Assembly: GCA_051362555.1 (NCBI GenBank)
Contig: CM120642.1
Coordinates: forward strand, 20,894,001-20,958,000
Source: Lingula anatina
Taxonomy: Eukaryota > Animalia > Brachiopoda
Reading direction: 5' to 3'
Length of the DNA: 64,000 bases
Made by a program: the position numbers and the translations under genes. Below the pieces are notes generated by a model. That model worked only from the letters and a program-made list of their open reading frames with translations, had not been told where the DNA came from and searched no databases. Below are positions 14,222 through 28,300 of the stretch, one piece after another (the first letter of the stretch is position 1; each line of letters starts with the position of its first letter).

Positions 14222-17200
14222 CAGACTTGACATTTAATATGGAATATTTTTTTCCAAGTCATTTTTCATCAGTTTTTTGCTATTTTGCTGACTGATAAAT
14301 GAAGATAAGGATTAAAATCGTGTTTTAATAACTTTAAATTATCTCTTTGATGTCATGCTGACACCAGCTCATTGGTTGAATTCGACAGTGAGGCAAACAG
14401 AAATACATTGCCTATTCTATGTCATACGACATCCATTAAAAGAGATATTTTGGATCTCTATATTTTCAAAATTATCGTCTGTAAAAGAGTTATACGCTAC
14501 ACAATGGACCCTCATGTCAGTGTGTAGTCATAGTAACGGTCGCTGTTACGCCTGGCCTCTTCTGTCTGTTACCAGCGCTCTCAAGCGGCAAGGCATTCCT
14601 TGGGAAAAGTTTTTAGAGTTCAATCTGGAATATTATTCCAGGCATCGGTCCAAAATTGTCCAATTTGGTCCAGTTTTGATGTAGGGCATGTAAGCAGTTG
14701 ATTCGGCGAGTAATGGCTTACCCACATATTGTCTATGCGGTTCAAATGTGGCGATTTTGATGACCAGGGTAGCTGCTCATTCCCTTGGTTCTGTAAGTTA
14801 TCTGCTATTAAAAGTGCTCTGTGTGAACTGGCAATCTGACCGTGCAACCTAAAATTGTTCCTAAGGTGCCCCTTATCAAATGATAGTCAAGTGGTTCCCA
14901 GATTATTCCTTTATTTGATCTGGTTCAGGTTTTCGTCAATGACTACCATTGGTGTTTTGGCACCAATGTGGTATCCACTCCAAATACTGACGCTGTCAAT
15001 GACCCGTGTCACTTTACACGCGGTACATGCTTCGTCGTAGGCCTCTTCTGGATGTCTGTAAACTCTGTTTTGACTAGCTGGGAGGTACAGGTGAAATCTG
15101 ACCTCAATAAAGAAAGCCACGCGGTTTCAGTGTTCAACCCAGAAACGGTCATGGCCCCCAATTCATTAGAGAAACAGACGACGATGTTTTGCTGTTTACA
15201 GTGGGTACCTCGCAGGTCATCTGGTATTCTAACCTGCTAAAACCAGTTTGGTGCTCGTTAAGGGCCTTGAAAAACGCATTTTGGTGGCAATTTACCCCTC
15301 GTTCAGGAACAGACTGGGTGGCTTTTGTTTAGTTGCAGCAGCGTATCCCGAAAGACAGTGCGTCCTGTACCCTGGAGATAAGATTTCGATGCATTGGGTG
15401 TGACCTCTGTGTAGTTACATCAGTCTGGGCATTACTCTATAAAACTGTGCGGACCGTTCCGTTTGGCGCTGTAATCTGTCTGGTAATGTCTGTCTTTTTC
15501 GCGCCATTCTGCCACAAATTTACAAATTTATAAACGGCTATTTCACAATCAGATGTACACTTTATGGTCCATTTTCGACCAAATATGAACTTCACCAAAC
15601 AGAGGTTTGAATATCAGTAGGACATTAGTATAGATCTTGGGCATAATCCCTTCAAATGTTTTTGCACCGTTTCTCTTTGTTTTTGTTTGACACTAAAATG
15701 ACTGGATGGTCTCACACTGGGGACGGACGCTACATTTTTACAAGTCAATTACATTCACGTGATGAATAAAACATAATAATTGGAAAATAATTATTTTAAT
15801 AAGCATAATTTTATACACATGAATTGTACTTGCAATGAAAACCTCAAAATTTCAATCAACTGTGAGCTATTTTTTTCCAAAATGTACGGTTGCATGATGC
15901 ATGGCCTCATTTCTTTTGCAAATAAAAATAAAATATTGTGTGATTAAGATCAAATCAGGGGATTCCATCAATGATTTGAAATCTCTTATTTTGATACGAC
16001 AAAGCCTTGACCATAAGAATGACACATAATAAAATACCTAAAACATGTTAAGAGTGCCAAAATTTCATGACTTGGTACGTAATACACTGAGGGACGGACG
16101 CTACACCAAAACATTTTTATATCCCCATTCCAAAACATTAACTGTATTAAAATGAATACAAACAGTTCAACAACACATTTACAAATCAATAACAGGAGTG
16201 TATCCAGATATATTTTCTGACAGTATTACAAATTCTCTGACATACTTTGAATAAGGGTCTCCCCCATCTCCAACTTTCTGCTTGTTTCCTTGCTTGCTAT
16301 AATTCCTTTCTGTTCTAATATGCTGTTTACTCTAGGAGATCTTATTAGCCTTTCTACAATTTTAGCTTTTCTTCTCGGTGACCTCGGAAGGGCATTCTTT
16401 GCTTGTTTCAAGGTGGAGGAAGATGAAAACGGGCTTGAGTCTTTACCTTGTGGTGTTTTATCTTGTAACCGAACCCTTAGTCTCCATGCTTTACCCCTCA
16501 AGACCTCTTTCTTTTTAGCTTCTTCACTGAGTTTCATCTTTCTGTTTCTTTCTCTTTGGGCTGTTTCTTTCTCTTCTCTCTCTTGCTTTAGCTGCTTCTG
16601 ATAAAGCACTGATCTTTGTTTGTTCTCAGATTTTCTCTCTATATTTTCTCATTCTATTAGTTTCCTTTCCTCTTTCAGCTTTTGCTTATATTGGGTGATT
16701 CATTAAGTAAAGTCTCTTCTTTTCTCTTTCTTTTTCCTTTCTAAGTCTGTCCTTCTCTCTGGCAGTTTTCAAACGTTCGGGATCTTTCTTGAGTTCTTCT
16801 CGTTGTTTTCTTTTTTTTTTCAAAGCACTTTCACTTATGCCTTCCATTTCCATGGCATTTCTTTTTCTACTTTGACTAAGTTTACCCATCCCCACCAACA
16901 ATAAAAACATAAATGTTGCTCCATCATTGTTCCAAGCTCAAATGCACAAATTACAACCTATTACCTTGGATAAAATATACTGTGGCTTTTTAGTCCAAAC
17001 TATAACAGTGATGTCACTTCGTCTCATACATGTAGCAATTTAAAAGTACACAAGTGTTGTTTCACAGCAGCAAAAACAACAACATTGTTTCATATTATAA
17101 CATTGTTTTAAATGTATCCATTTATTCATTACAAGAAATGCACCAAAGCGTCAGTGACAACCTTGGCCTACATTAGATAGATTATAATGAGTATTTACAA

Positions 17201-18402
17201 AATATACTTAATTAAAATGCATTTCAGCATGTGTATCCTTAATAAAGCGAAAAATACAAATTGGGGACAGGCGCTACAGGTGGGGACGGACGCTACATTT
17301 GACCACTAATCAAATGGTATATCCACAGTGTGTCTTACTACTGGCCTTTTAGGTATATTATTTTATCATGGGTAGTGAAATGCATAAGTGCCTGAGTGTG
17401 GCTTTAAAAAAAGATTAACTGCTATCCTTTTGCTACAGGGGGGACGGACGCTACAAAATTTTGTGTTAAGATGTGATTTCAATTTTGGATTGTTGGAATT
17501 TTCAACTAAACATGGATTTGGACACAGTAATTTTTTTTAATGTATTGAAATACCTTTAAAAACACATTTTACTGAAGAAAAGTTATTGTCAAGCATAATA
17601 TTTCCTTTCAGGGGCTCCTTGAAATTAACTATGTTAAAAACAGAAAAATCCGTAACAGAGCTCCCTTTTAACATTCAATGGCTTTTGTCTCATATGTTAC
17701 ACTATATTATGCCCAACTGATTTTCAGACAACATTATACCTCACAACTGATATCTTTAGTCAAACTAAATGCAATGAATTACAATACCAAATTACATATC
17801 CACTACCTGAAATTATTACACAACTCCAGTGACCCTTCGTAACAACTAAAAACAGCTGTATTTAGGGGATTCAAATAAGTATATTTTTGCCAATCTATGT
17901 CCGATTTTCAAAAAAAAATTTTTAATTGCTCCGACTAAGTGCCATCTTCGAGATTGGACTAAGGGTGGGCACTAGATTGGTTTTGATAATACTTAGAGGC
18001 AATGTAACATGCTCAATTTTGAAAGTGTACGTCTGATTGTGAAATAGCCGAAAGCACTCATTAGCTCATTTTACGCACTGCAAAACTGACCGCTTGCATG
18101 CAAAATTTCAAATTCTTCTTTGGAATAGTTGCCGACATACGGATACTTTTTTGACAGAACCAAGATTTGCCTAAGCCAAGCATTGACCAGCCCAAAGGAA
18201 CACTACCCAATTAAATCACCGCATTTTACATAAAGTAGCAGCGCAACAGACATGGAAGTCAGTTAATTGGTAGCGACACACCTGACTACACACTTCTCCA
18301 TTCACAAATCCTATATGAGATAGGAGTTTTTTGAAAAAAGAACGAATTTTTACCTAGGCATACCTTCGAAACTGAAATATTCCATATTAAATGTCAAGTC
18401 TG
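14222..18402 (-). mobile_element. Tc1/mariner element copy A (dead transposase), interrupted by a 2.5-kb insertion
   Basis: 28-bp TIR CAGACTTGACATTTAATATGGAATATTT at both ends, TA TSD. Degenerate transposase on the minus strand (FFIEVRF, SVSIWSG, SPHLNRIDNMW). Confidence 0.92.
15535..18050 (-). mobile_element. TIR DNA transposon deletion derivative (unclassified; possibly Sola-like) inserted in Tc1 copy A
   Basis: 29-bp TIR CGGCTATTTCACAATCAGA(T/C)GTACACTTT with 28/29 identity. AAA TSD (15532-15534 and 18051-18053), confirmed against the empty site in copy B. Broken Lys/Arg/Glu-rich ORF at 16226-16910 (-) with ALPRSPRRKAKIVERL. Internal GGGACGGACGCTACA direct repeats. Confidence 0.88.
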
Positions 18403-19762
18403 TATGTAAAGATGATACCCTGTTAATATATGTATTGTATGTGATACCGCATAAAACGAGCTTACATCTGGTAGTTTAGAAACAGAAGAAGCCAAACAAG
18501 TGTACACAATGTATGAACATAAAAATATTGATGTGCTTAATCCTCATCTCTGCTTTTATCTCCATTCGCCTTTATATGTCAATGTTCTAGCAATCATTCT
18601 GTAATGTTCACAATTTAATCGTTATATTTCATTTTTATCCATATGTTGAAAATCAAATTTTCAGCTTAATCGTAACTGACATAAAACTGTATGACATATA
18701 AAATGATAATCATGGAATTAAATTGGTTTGCACATTTATTCGATCGTTCCTCCATGAAAGACTGGTGCACTACTTATTGGCAGGCTCCCAAATATGCCAT
18801 CTGTTTCTTCGAGCTGATGAGACCCTACCGGTACTATATAGCGTTTTCAAACAACACCACTCTCTTGGGCAACCGCCGTAAAATGGAACAGTGCTGTCCT
18901 CTGTCACGGTCATAGATTGATTGTTTGCTTGACATGAAAGGGATAATACACTGTCATTCCAGCGATGTATGCCAGAACACCCCAAGCGCCAGCTAAAAAG
19001 AATTCAGGCATTTGTCTGGAAAGGGTGGCAGTATGTTATTTGACATAATACCAAGCAAAAGCGCTCGCATTTCACCGAAAAACACCCCTAAAACCGACTT
19101 AAGCGTATATCGCCTTGGTCATATAACATCCCTATCTATTTATTCACAGATATGTCTCTAGTTAATTCATGGCACAATTTTCTGTTGTGAGAAAAGTGCA
19201 CATAATTTATCTGCGCCCCCAGTAAAGGTTAGGACAGTGCGCCTCTCATCTTGAGTGTGCGTCCAAAACTGTCATCATGCACCGCAGAGCGCGGGATTGC
19301 ACCATTGCATTATCAAAAGAAAGAGGCAGTGTACCTTGATTATAGTATAATTCGTGCAGCTTCCCTTACTGATCAAAATGCAAGTTTTTGTTGCCCCCTT
19401 TGATCCAAATAGAGGATAATACACAAAATCATATTGACTACGTATACTGCGCTGCGCCCATTTATAGTATCTATTACACTGTATGTAATTGAAGTGACCA
19501 ACGACGCAGTAGCAATGGAAGCTGTCGAACTGAACACGTAAATGGAATGCTAAAGCAAAAATTCTTAAGGCGACTGGCATCTAAATGATATACAATGTAC
19601 ATGAGTGGGATTACTGACATGTATTAATGTGTTGACTTACATGACTAATTCAAACTAAAGATTCCGTTTATTTTGCAAGCATCTGTAGAAGGCTGCAACT
19701 ATTGTCTGTAAATACTTAAAGGGGTAGAATTTTCAATGAATTTAGTTTTGTAGCTGATAAGC

Positions 19763-19800
<38 letters not shown>

Positions 19801-19917
19801 ATGTTTTAGACAATATATTATATTTCCTTGCATGTTAAGATATATATGCATCGACAATTCAATCGCAAACTGCAGTTCATAAAAGCTCTTATTTTTACTC
19901 CCACTAAGATATGTACA

Positions 19918-20216
19918 AGCAAACCAACCAGAGAAGTATAAGTGAAATCATCAGGACAAGAAGATGGAAATGGATTGGCCATGTTCTGAGGAAAGACCCA
20001 AATTCCACCACTAAAGTAGCCACGTACTGGACACCAGAGGGGCATAGAAAAAGGGGCAGACCCAAGACCACATGGAGGAGGACAGTTGAAGCAGAATTGA
20101 AACAACTGGGTGAAAGTTGGGGGACGATTCAACACCTAGCGAGAGACAGAGAGGAGTGGAGGACCTTTGTTGACGCCCTAGACGCCCAACGGCGTAATAG
20201 GAGATAGTAGTAGTAG
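19918..20216 (+). mobile_element. 5'-truncated RTE-clade LINE
   Basis: RWKWIGHVLR...PEGHRKRGRPKTTW...ARDREEWR C-terminal motif, (TAG)n tail, 13-bp TSD TAAGATATGTACA (19905-19917 and 20217-20229). Confidence 0.92.
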
Positions 20217-20562
20217 TAAGATATGTACATGTGGTGAAATGAACAGTCCAGTTACAGACTCATTTTAATTGAAATACTGTGAAACTTATTTGCACAGAAA
20301 AATTAAATATCAACCCAAGTTTTGGCTGATGAAACGTTGTGAATTGAAATGAATAGAAAAAAATGGGATGGGTCATTTGTATTGATCCTGTGTATCCACG
20401 CTCTTGAACGTGCCTATCATATTATATGTGTACATGTACCTGTACATCGCAGCACTGCGATTTTTTTACGTGGAGTTCAAGCATTTCTCTTTGAAACTGA
20501 ACCCAGTGGTTTTCTTTCTTTTTTTTTTCTTTTTTTATCTTCTTAACCGATTAACTGTCAAA

Positions 20563-20807
20563 CAGGGGCAGATCCAAGACTAATTGAAGGGGGAGAGGGG
20601 GTCCGCGGATGCGAAGCCGACCTTACCCCTCTTGGCGTGGGGTTCGGGGCCTTCTGAAGGGCCCCGAAATTTTTTGGTAATTTAGAGAGCGAACGGTGCC
20701 ATTTGGTACGGTTTAGAACGATGATTCAGCTAGCTAAAATTCTAATTGCAAGAGGGGGGCCATTGGTGTGGTTTTTTTCCAGAAATTGAAGGGGCAGTCA
20801 GGCCCCC

Positions 20808-20867
<60 letters not shown>

Positions 20868-20879
20868 AATGCGCCACTG
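20563..20879. mobile_element. MITE with CAGGGGC(G/A)GATCC-type ends; related partial copy at about 5256-5370
   Basis: Begins CAGGGGCAGATCCAAGA and ends AAATGCGCCACTG. The internal GTCCGCGGATGC..TTGGCGT..GGCCCCGAAA matches 5288-5355. Similar GGCGGATC ends at about 9948-10070, 22490-22504 and 38500-38645. No TSD found. Confidence 0.65.
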
Positions 20880-21974
20880 GTAATATTTAGCAGGGATCAA
20901 GTAAATATATACATTTGTCGACATACCGGTTTGTATTTTTCTGTCTGTGTACCATTGCTTCGTTCTCAAATGTTTTATGAAATGTGATTAAGACGGGAGA
21001 GGAGTAGGAAAACCTACAGTAGGCACTTTCAATCTACAAAAGAAACATGGCTTTACAAAATCAGGACATTGGGTTTGCTATTCCAATTTTCCAACTTGAA
21101 AACTAAGTGAGACACACCCACATTAATGTATGATAGTAGCAGACATTTTCATCCTGGTTGGAGGGGGTCCGAGGGTAGGGGAAATGTCCAGCTGTAGGGG
21201 GATCCCCTGAAATCTTTTAAGATTCTAATAAAGTTAAAATTTATATATATACAACAAATATGCTTGGTCTGCTGCAGCAGTGTATGTTTACTACACATGC
21301 CATTGGACTGATAACAAAAGAAAAGGATTGTTGGTACCAATAAAGTCACGCACATGAGCTGGGCATGGGATGAGCCAATTACCCACGGAAAACCGTTGAC
21401 CAATTTCTCTGACAATGCAGTGTAATCACAAACCATTCACACAAAAGAAAATGATTGGAGTGTGACCACAATTGAATAGAAACTTTCGGCATAAACGTGG
21501 AAGATTCATTCTTTGTTATCATCAGGTGCACGGTGATATCAGTCGATTCTATACAATATGACAATTAGGGGATTGGGGTGGGAAACATAAACGATTTTCC
21601 ATTGTACTCTTAAGTATGACAAGTTCTGCACTACTATCCCCTCACCAGATATACATGGCAGGCACGCTTTCAAGTATACTGAGCTCGTGAACATTGCGTT
21701 ATAATTTTTATTAGTACATAAATTTTCTTCTGTGGACCAGCTGAAAGGATAAACGTGACGACCAGGTTCTCCAACAAGTGCTGGTTTAATATTTATTTTT
21801 AATATTTATTTTTTATTTTATGTTTAGTTGTAATTTCATGGTACTTTTATCATTAACAGGTGACAAGGGGAATCAATTCACAAGTCAATTTGGGACAGAG
21901 TTTGTACGGCTCCAGATTTTAGAGAAGACCACCGTGACAGTTTGGTGCTCATACTGAGAGGTGGCTGGGGGAAT

Positions 21975-22300
21975 ATGTCGACTGTAAACATGGAAAACTC
22001 CACTGGTGGGTATATAGGCCAGGCCCGTAGCCAGGGGGGGTTCGGGGGGTTCGAAAGAACCACCCTTTTTGCTGTGAAAAGGTCCACTCTGAGTAAAAAT
22101 TGACCTATGTACTTGAGGATTTTATGGTAAAAGGTCCACTTTTTCAGAAAACGAACCCCCCCCCTTTGAAATTGCTGGCTAAGGGCCTTAGAGTTTAACG
22201 CATCAAAAATATGATTGAATCGGTATGTTGTAGAACCAGATACCAAGCAAAAGCTGGGAGCTCGTAGCTTCGACGACATACCCTTTCCCCATTCTCCCTC

Positions 22301-22351
<51 letters not shown>

Positions 22352-25300
22352 ATTATAACAAGTGGGAAAAACAACCGATTTCCCATCTCTGTGCTCTAAA
22401 TATTACAATAAAATTGCCCTCGTCTACTGCTTTATACTTACCGCGCCTGGTTAAAAAAAAATCCTGCCTCCCACCCCTTCAGCACAATCCTGGATCTGCC
22501 AGTGATCAAGACAGGGGATTATACATACCAATCGCTATTTAGCTGTTGACTGAAATCGGCCTAATTTGGTACCATTTTATTTTACCTGTGCACACTACAA
22601 GTAAAAGATTATCGTTTATAAACACTAACCCAATCCTTGGTGGTTTTAATCTGAATCTTATTTATTTTCTGCTATTTCAAAAATAATATTATACATTATC
22701 TGCTATTTCCAGTGTTTTCTACTGCAACCACGCCTGATTTTGTATGGACACATGAGAGGATCCTGTGGACGTGTATTTGTGGAGGGGGGAGTTTCCTGGT
22801 CTTGACGGCAGTTGTGCTCTATACCTTCTGGTTAATTATAAATTTCTGAACTCCTTTCCTTTTTCTCTACTCTTTCTATGTGTAACCTGCTCCCTTATTT
22901 ACTGCCCTTTAAGAATTTTTTTTCTGAGATGATTTGGAAATTCAAAGTAATGCACTGGCCAAGCTATAAATATGTTCTTCCTTAAAATCCTCAATATTGT
23001 GGATAAGTGTCTATTTTCTTCAAAAAGAAATCATATTCATTTCCAAGTGTTTTTAAATATCCAAATGGTATATATTGGAATAAAATTAGATAAGGTGTGT
23101 CATGTGCTGGTCACATTAACATTGCTTTTTTTACTCCTTTAGGAAGATTCAGATGTCTCCAAAGGTACAGAAGAAAAGAGATGATGAACGACACGAGAGA
23201 GAAAAAAGTAAGTTTACCACTTAACATATTTCGTCTAGTTGTCTTTCTACGATAGCTAGGCGCGTATACATAACGGCCGTCAAGACCGCTTATTGGCATC
23301 TATATGGTTATGCTGAAAAGAAAACAAAAAGACAACAGCATCTAATGTGACCTTCTGGTCTGTTAATTTGTCCGGTACTAGATGCAACATATCGATATTT
23401 ATTATTTATTATTAAACAGTTCCTTTTTAGCTGTTTATAGTGATGGATCTATCGCAATGATGAAATGCTTCTCAAAACCTGCACGTAACGAACTTTTTTA
23501 CCTCCCTACATTTATTGAGTCCTTCTTTTGCAGAAAATATAGCACTACAAGTCAGGGAAAGTGTCCATTATAATTCACGGGCGATCCCGAAGTCGACGGT
23601 CGGTAAAATCTTCTCCAACGAAAAACGGATTAAAAATGAGCATATGGTATGCGAGGCAATATTTACATTTCATGTCACTAGATACACCCTTGATCAAAGG
23701 ACACACAAAGTCTTAACTGAAATTTCTGAAATTTGAGGTTAAATAAAAAACTGTGAAACCTATAATGATGTAAATATTGCGCAAATAAGGCACTTTTTTA
23801 AAAAATTAATGACATACCGAAATATTTCACAGGCCCTCACAAGACTAGCTTTGGAGAGAGAGATTATCCGACGAAGTGGTAAAAATCCTTTGTCAACGCA
23901 GGAGATTGCAGGTATGTAAATAAAACAATAGGCTAGGACCAAGTTGCCTACTTTACACCCTTACAATAGCACATTACCTTTGAGTTTAATCTACTCCTTG
24001 CAAAATCTTACTAAAGTCGTTTAATCATCCAATTGTTTTTAACATACCCTCGTGTCACATGAGCGGTGTTGCATCACTCCAGGATCCAAGATAAAAAATC
24101 CTAGCATTACTTTACTACAAACGCGCCCTTGTGATTCGAATTTGAGGTATAAAATGATCATTTTCAGACAAGGCCTGCGACCTTGCCGTAGACGAAGTGC
24201 GAGCTGAAGGGTTCCTCAAGTACACAGCCATGGCGCCCATTCGGATCAATGTATGTTTTCTTTTTTCCTTTGGATCTTTTGTCAGTTTATTTGTGGTATT
24301 GGTTTTGAGTGATTTGAGTGCTTTCAGTAATATGTATAAAAGAGTAGGCATCACGGTTTTTTAAAAGCATCAATATATACTTAATTAACAAATAAAAAGA
24401 ATCTGAGATTGAGAAATAAAATCATGATCGTTTTTTTATAAAACATCGCTATAATCGTGAAAATACACACATGAAGACTGAAACCCGAAACTTTATACAG
24501 ACTTGACATTTAATATGGAATATTTCAGTTTCGAAGGTATGCCTCAAAAAACTCTTTTTCAAAGATCTCATATAAGATTTGTGAATGGAAAAGTGTGTAG
24601 TCAGGTGTGTCGCTACCAATTGACTGACTTCCATGTCTGTTGCACTACTACATTATGTAATATTCGGTGATTTAATTGGTTAATGTTACTTTGGGCTGGT
24701 CAGGGCTTGGCTTAGGCAAAGCTTGGTTCTGTCAAAAAAGTATCCGTATGTCGGGAACCACTGCATAGAAGAATTTGAAATTTTGCATGCAAGCGGTCAG
24801 TTTTGCTGTGCGTAAAATGAGCTAAGTAGTGCTTTACAAATTTGTTAATTTGTGGCAGAATGGCGCGAAAAAGATAGACATTACCAGACAGATAATAGCG
24901 CCAAACGGAACGGTCCGCACAGTTTTATAGAGTAATGTCCAGACTGATGTACCTACATAGATGTCCCACCCAATGCATCGAAATCTTACCTCCAGGGTAC
25001 AGGACGCACTGTATTTCGGGATATGCTGCTGCAACTAAACAAAAGCCACCCAGTCCGTTCAGAACGAGGGGTAAATTGCCACCAAAATGCGTTTTTCAAG
25101 GCCCTTAACGAACCTCAAACTGGTTTTAGCAGGTTAGAATACCAGACGACCTTCGAGGTACCCACTGTAAACAGCAAAACATCGCCGTCTGTTTCTCTAA
25201 TGAATTGGGGGCCATGGCCGTTCCTGGGTAGAACACTGAAACCATGTGACTTTTTTATTGAGGTCAGATTTCACCTGTACCGCCCAACTAGTCAAAACAG

Positions 25301-28300
25301 AGTTTACAGACATCCAGAAAAGGTCTACGACGAAGCATGTGCCGCGTCTAAAGTGACACGGGTCATTGACAGCGTCAATATTTGGTGTGGATACGACATT
25401 GGTGCCAAAACACCAATGGTAGTCATTGACGAAAACCTGAACCAGATCAAATAAAGGAATAATCTGGGAACCACTTGACTATCATTTGATAGGGGGCACC
25501 TTAGGAACAATTTTAGGTTGCACGGTGAGATTGCCGGTTCACACAGAGCACTTTTAATAGCAGATAACTTACAGAACCAAGGGAATTAGCAGCTACCCTA
25601 GTCATCAAAATCGCCACATTTGAACCGCATAGACAATATGTGGGTAAGTCATTACTTGCCGAATCAATTGCCTACATGCCCTACATCAAAACTGGACCAA
25701 ATTGAACTCTAAAAACCTATCTCAAGGAATGCCTTGCCGCTTGAGAGCGCTGGTAACAGACAGAAGAGGCCAGGCGTTACTTGACTAGACACTGACATGA
25801 GAGTCCTTTGTGGAGCGTGTAACTCTTTTACAGACGATAATTTGGAAAATATGGAGATCCAAAATATCTCTTTTAATGGATGTCGTATGACATAGAATAG
25901 GCAATGCATTTCTGTTTGCTTCAATGTCGAATTCAACCAATGAGCTGATGTCACCATGACATCAAAGAGATAATTTAAAGTTATTAAAACACGATTTTAA
26001 TCCTTATTTTCATTTATCAATCAGCAAAATAGGAAAAAACTGATGAAAAATGACTTGGAAAAAATATTCCATATTAAATGTCAAGTCTGTAGTATAATAT
26101 TTACGTAAAACTAAAGCCTAAAATATTCCAAGTGGAAAGTTCTAATTCATGTTGCAAATATAATTATGTGTTTTACATACCTGAATACTTTCTATGCAAT
26201 TGTGAACAGCATTGTTTTTACTTCAGGGTTACAAAAAGCGGAATGCATACATTGTACTTCAAGGTAATCATTTCATGAAATGGTTTTGTATATGGGCAGT
26301 TCCGGCGTTATGGACGTACATTTTGCACACTTTGGCAGTGCACTGCACAAAGTCCTGTACATTTGGGGCCAATTCCTTTTGGCCTTTATGTGTGTCTTAG
26401 GTGGTTATATAACTATGTGAAATAACATGTTCCCAAATTCTTCAAAAAGTCCGTAAGGCCAGTATTGTCAGACATAGTTTTAAAAAAACCAGATTACTCA
26501 ATTCTTTAATCGCTCAAAATTTGAAGTCACTACCAGAATCATCGAAAGGATGTTACGTCTCGGGGGGAAAACCCAGGTTGTTACATAGTTCTCAATTTTT
26601 TAGCAAATCATCTGCATTTCTCACTTCAAACAATCTATGGGGTAAAATAATTGATCACATCATTTTGTAAAGTGACCGTATCCAATAGTAGGGGTGGGCA
26701 AATGCCAAAAATTTTTTTTAAACAGGTGGATTCTATGGCCATTTTTGCTGCTGAACACAAATCTGACAATTTTTTTTACCAAAGCTGAAGATTTATATTG
26801 GTATCTGCTATTTGTTTGTGAAAAAGGCGGGAAATGGCTTTTTGGCCATATTTTCACAGTAAAGTACATAAAAATGATGTGTAATATGTCTTTCTATATG
26901 TTTTGAGGGTTGATGAGTTCAAATATGAGCATATTCAAGACATTGGCAATATTGGTAGGGTGACATCTGTAAAAATATGTTATTTAAAACAAACATATAC
27001 ATACAATACACACTTCGAGCCTAAGATAAGTACAAATAATGGTCATTATTTACATACTGAATACATGGATTACAGTTTGGTATAAAAACAATACTGAAAA
27101 TACCTTCATGGATGTGTATCAACAAATTTTATGCTGTATAATTTTCCTTTTCTTCAGAACAGGTAAAACTTTGTCAGGTGACATCAACCTCTTACAACCT
27201 CTAAGCTCTTGACCTTGGAATAATACTTAGTTTCAGCTGCGTAGTTTAAGAGTATCTCACCACCACCATGAAAGCATCAACAAGAAATACACAGACCAGA
27301 GGGCACTGTAAAGCCCCCTGTCACACTTATTTGGAATCGGAAGTAATCGAGCAGAATGAGCCGTAATGAAGAATTTTCAAAATTCGCGCCACATTCGTTG
27401 GGTAATATCAAATTGACCTTAATTCCAGTAAGAATACCTCAGAATGCGCTTCGAACCCACCTGGAATGATTCGTGCACATTTCGCTTGTATAAGCTCTCA
27501 AATGCAGCTCGAATGTAGTTGGAACACATTAGGAATATCGTTAATGCTGTCTAAATATAGTGAGAATATTTAGAATGCACTTCGAATGTCATACAAGTGT
27601 GGTCTCATTGCCGGCTGAATTACGGCCTGCAATCAAGATGCATTCGAGTTGCATTCATGCTCATTGGAGGTACAATTTGGAACATTCTGACAAGATCTGA
27701 AGTGCCTTGCCATTTCGGTTCTCCCTGGAATGCAATCAGAATGTTTCGAATGCTGTTGTATGTGCTCATAATGCAGTTAGAATACACTTGAATGCCATTC
27801 GATATTTTTCCACTTAGAATGCACTTCAAAAGTTTTGAGAATGAGCAAAACATTTGAACAGGACGCAAGAATGGACCCAAACATTTAGAATGCGCTGAGA
27901 ATTTTTAGATACTTCAAATATCCAGGAATAAACAAGAAATTTTCATTTCGACTACATTCTAGGTCATTCCGCCTCCAGTTTGACTAGGTTATAAAAGAAG
28001 ACAATAAGGATATTGTCACCGTTCACCCAAAACTCCTTATTTACTGCCTTACATACATTCTTTTTGGTGCTAAATAAATTTTCAGTGTTCAGTTATTACA
28101 TTAATTAACATTTACATATGTCATCTTATGGGTGACGGCATAATGCTCTGCTACTGAGTATTTTACTGTAAATATTCCCGTATGTAACTAACATTATGCC
28201 TATTCTATATGTCAAAACTTTTCAGTTTCATGTTATCCTTGAACAATATTGACCATATTTGTTGTATTATTGTTTTTCCTAATTTAAAAGCCACAGTTGC

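Noticed and set aside
18438-19125. Possible TIR pair TATGTGA... / ...GGTCATATA
   Set aside because: The complementarity is too weak and no TSD was found.
21860-21903. Alternative reading DKGNQFTSQFGTEF as the start of D1
   Set aside because: It lies upstream of the TM exon; exon 23534-23646 fills that position in the correct order.
22190-22350. SINE or retrocopy ending in the poly(A) run
   Set aside because: No Pol III A/B boxes, polyadenylation signal or TSD could be identified.
23431-23484. Possible extra phase-1 exon (VYSDGSIAMMKCFSKPA) in paralog B
   Set aside because: It would leave only a 49-nt intron before the 23534 acceptor, and the frame joins without it.
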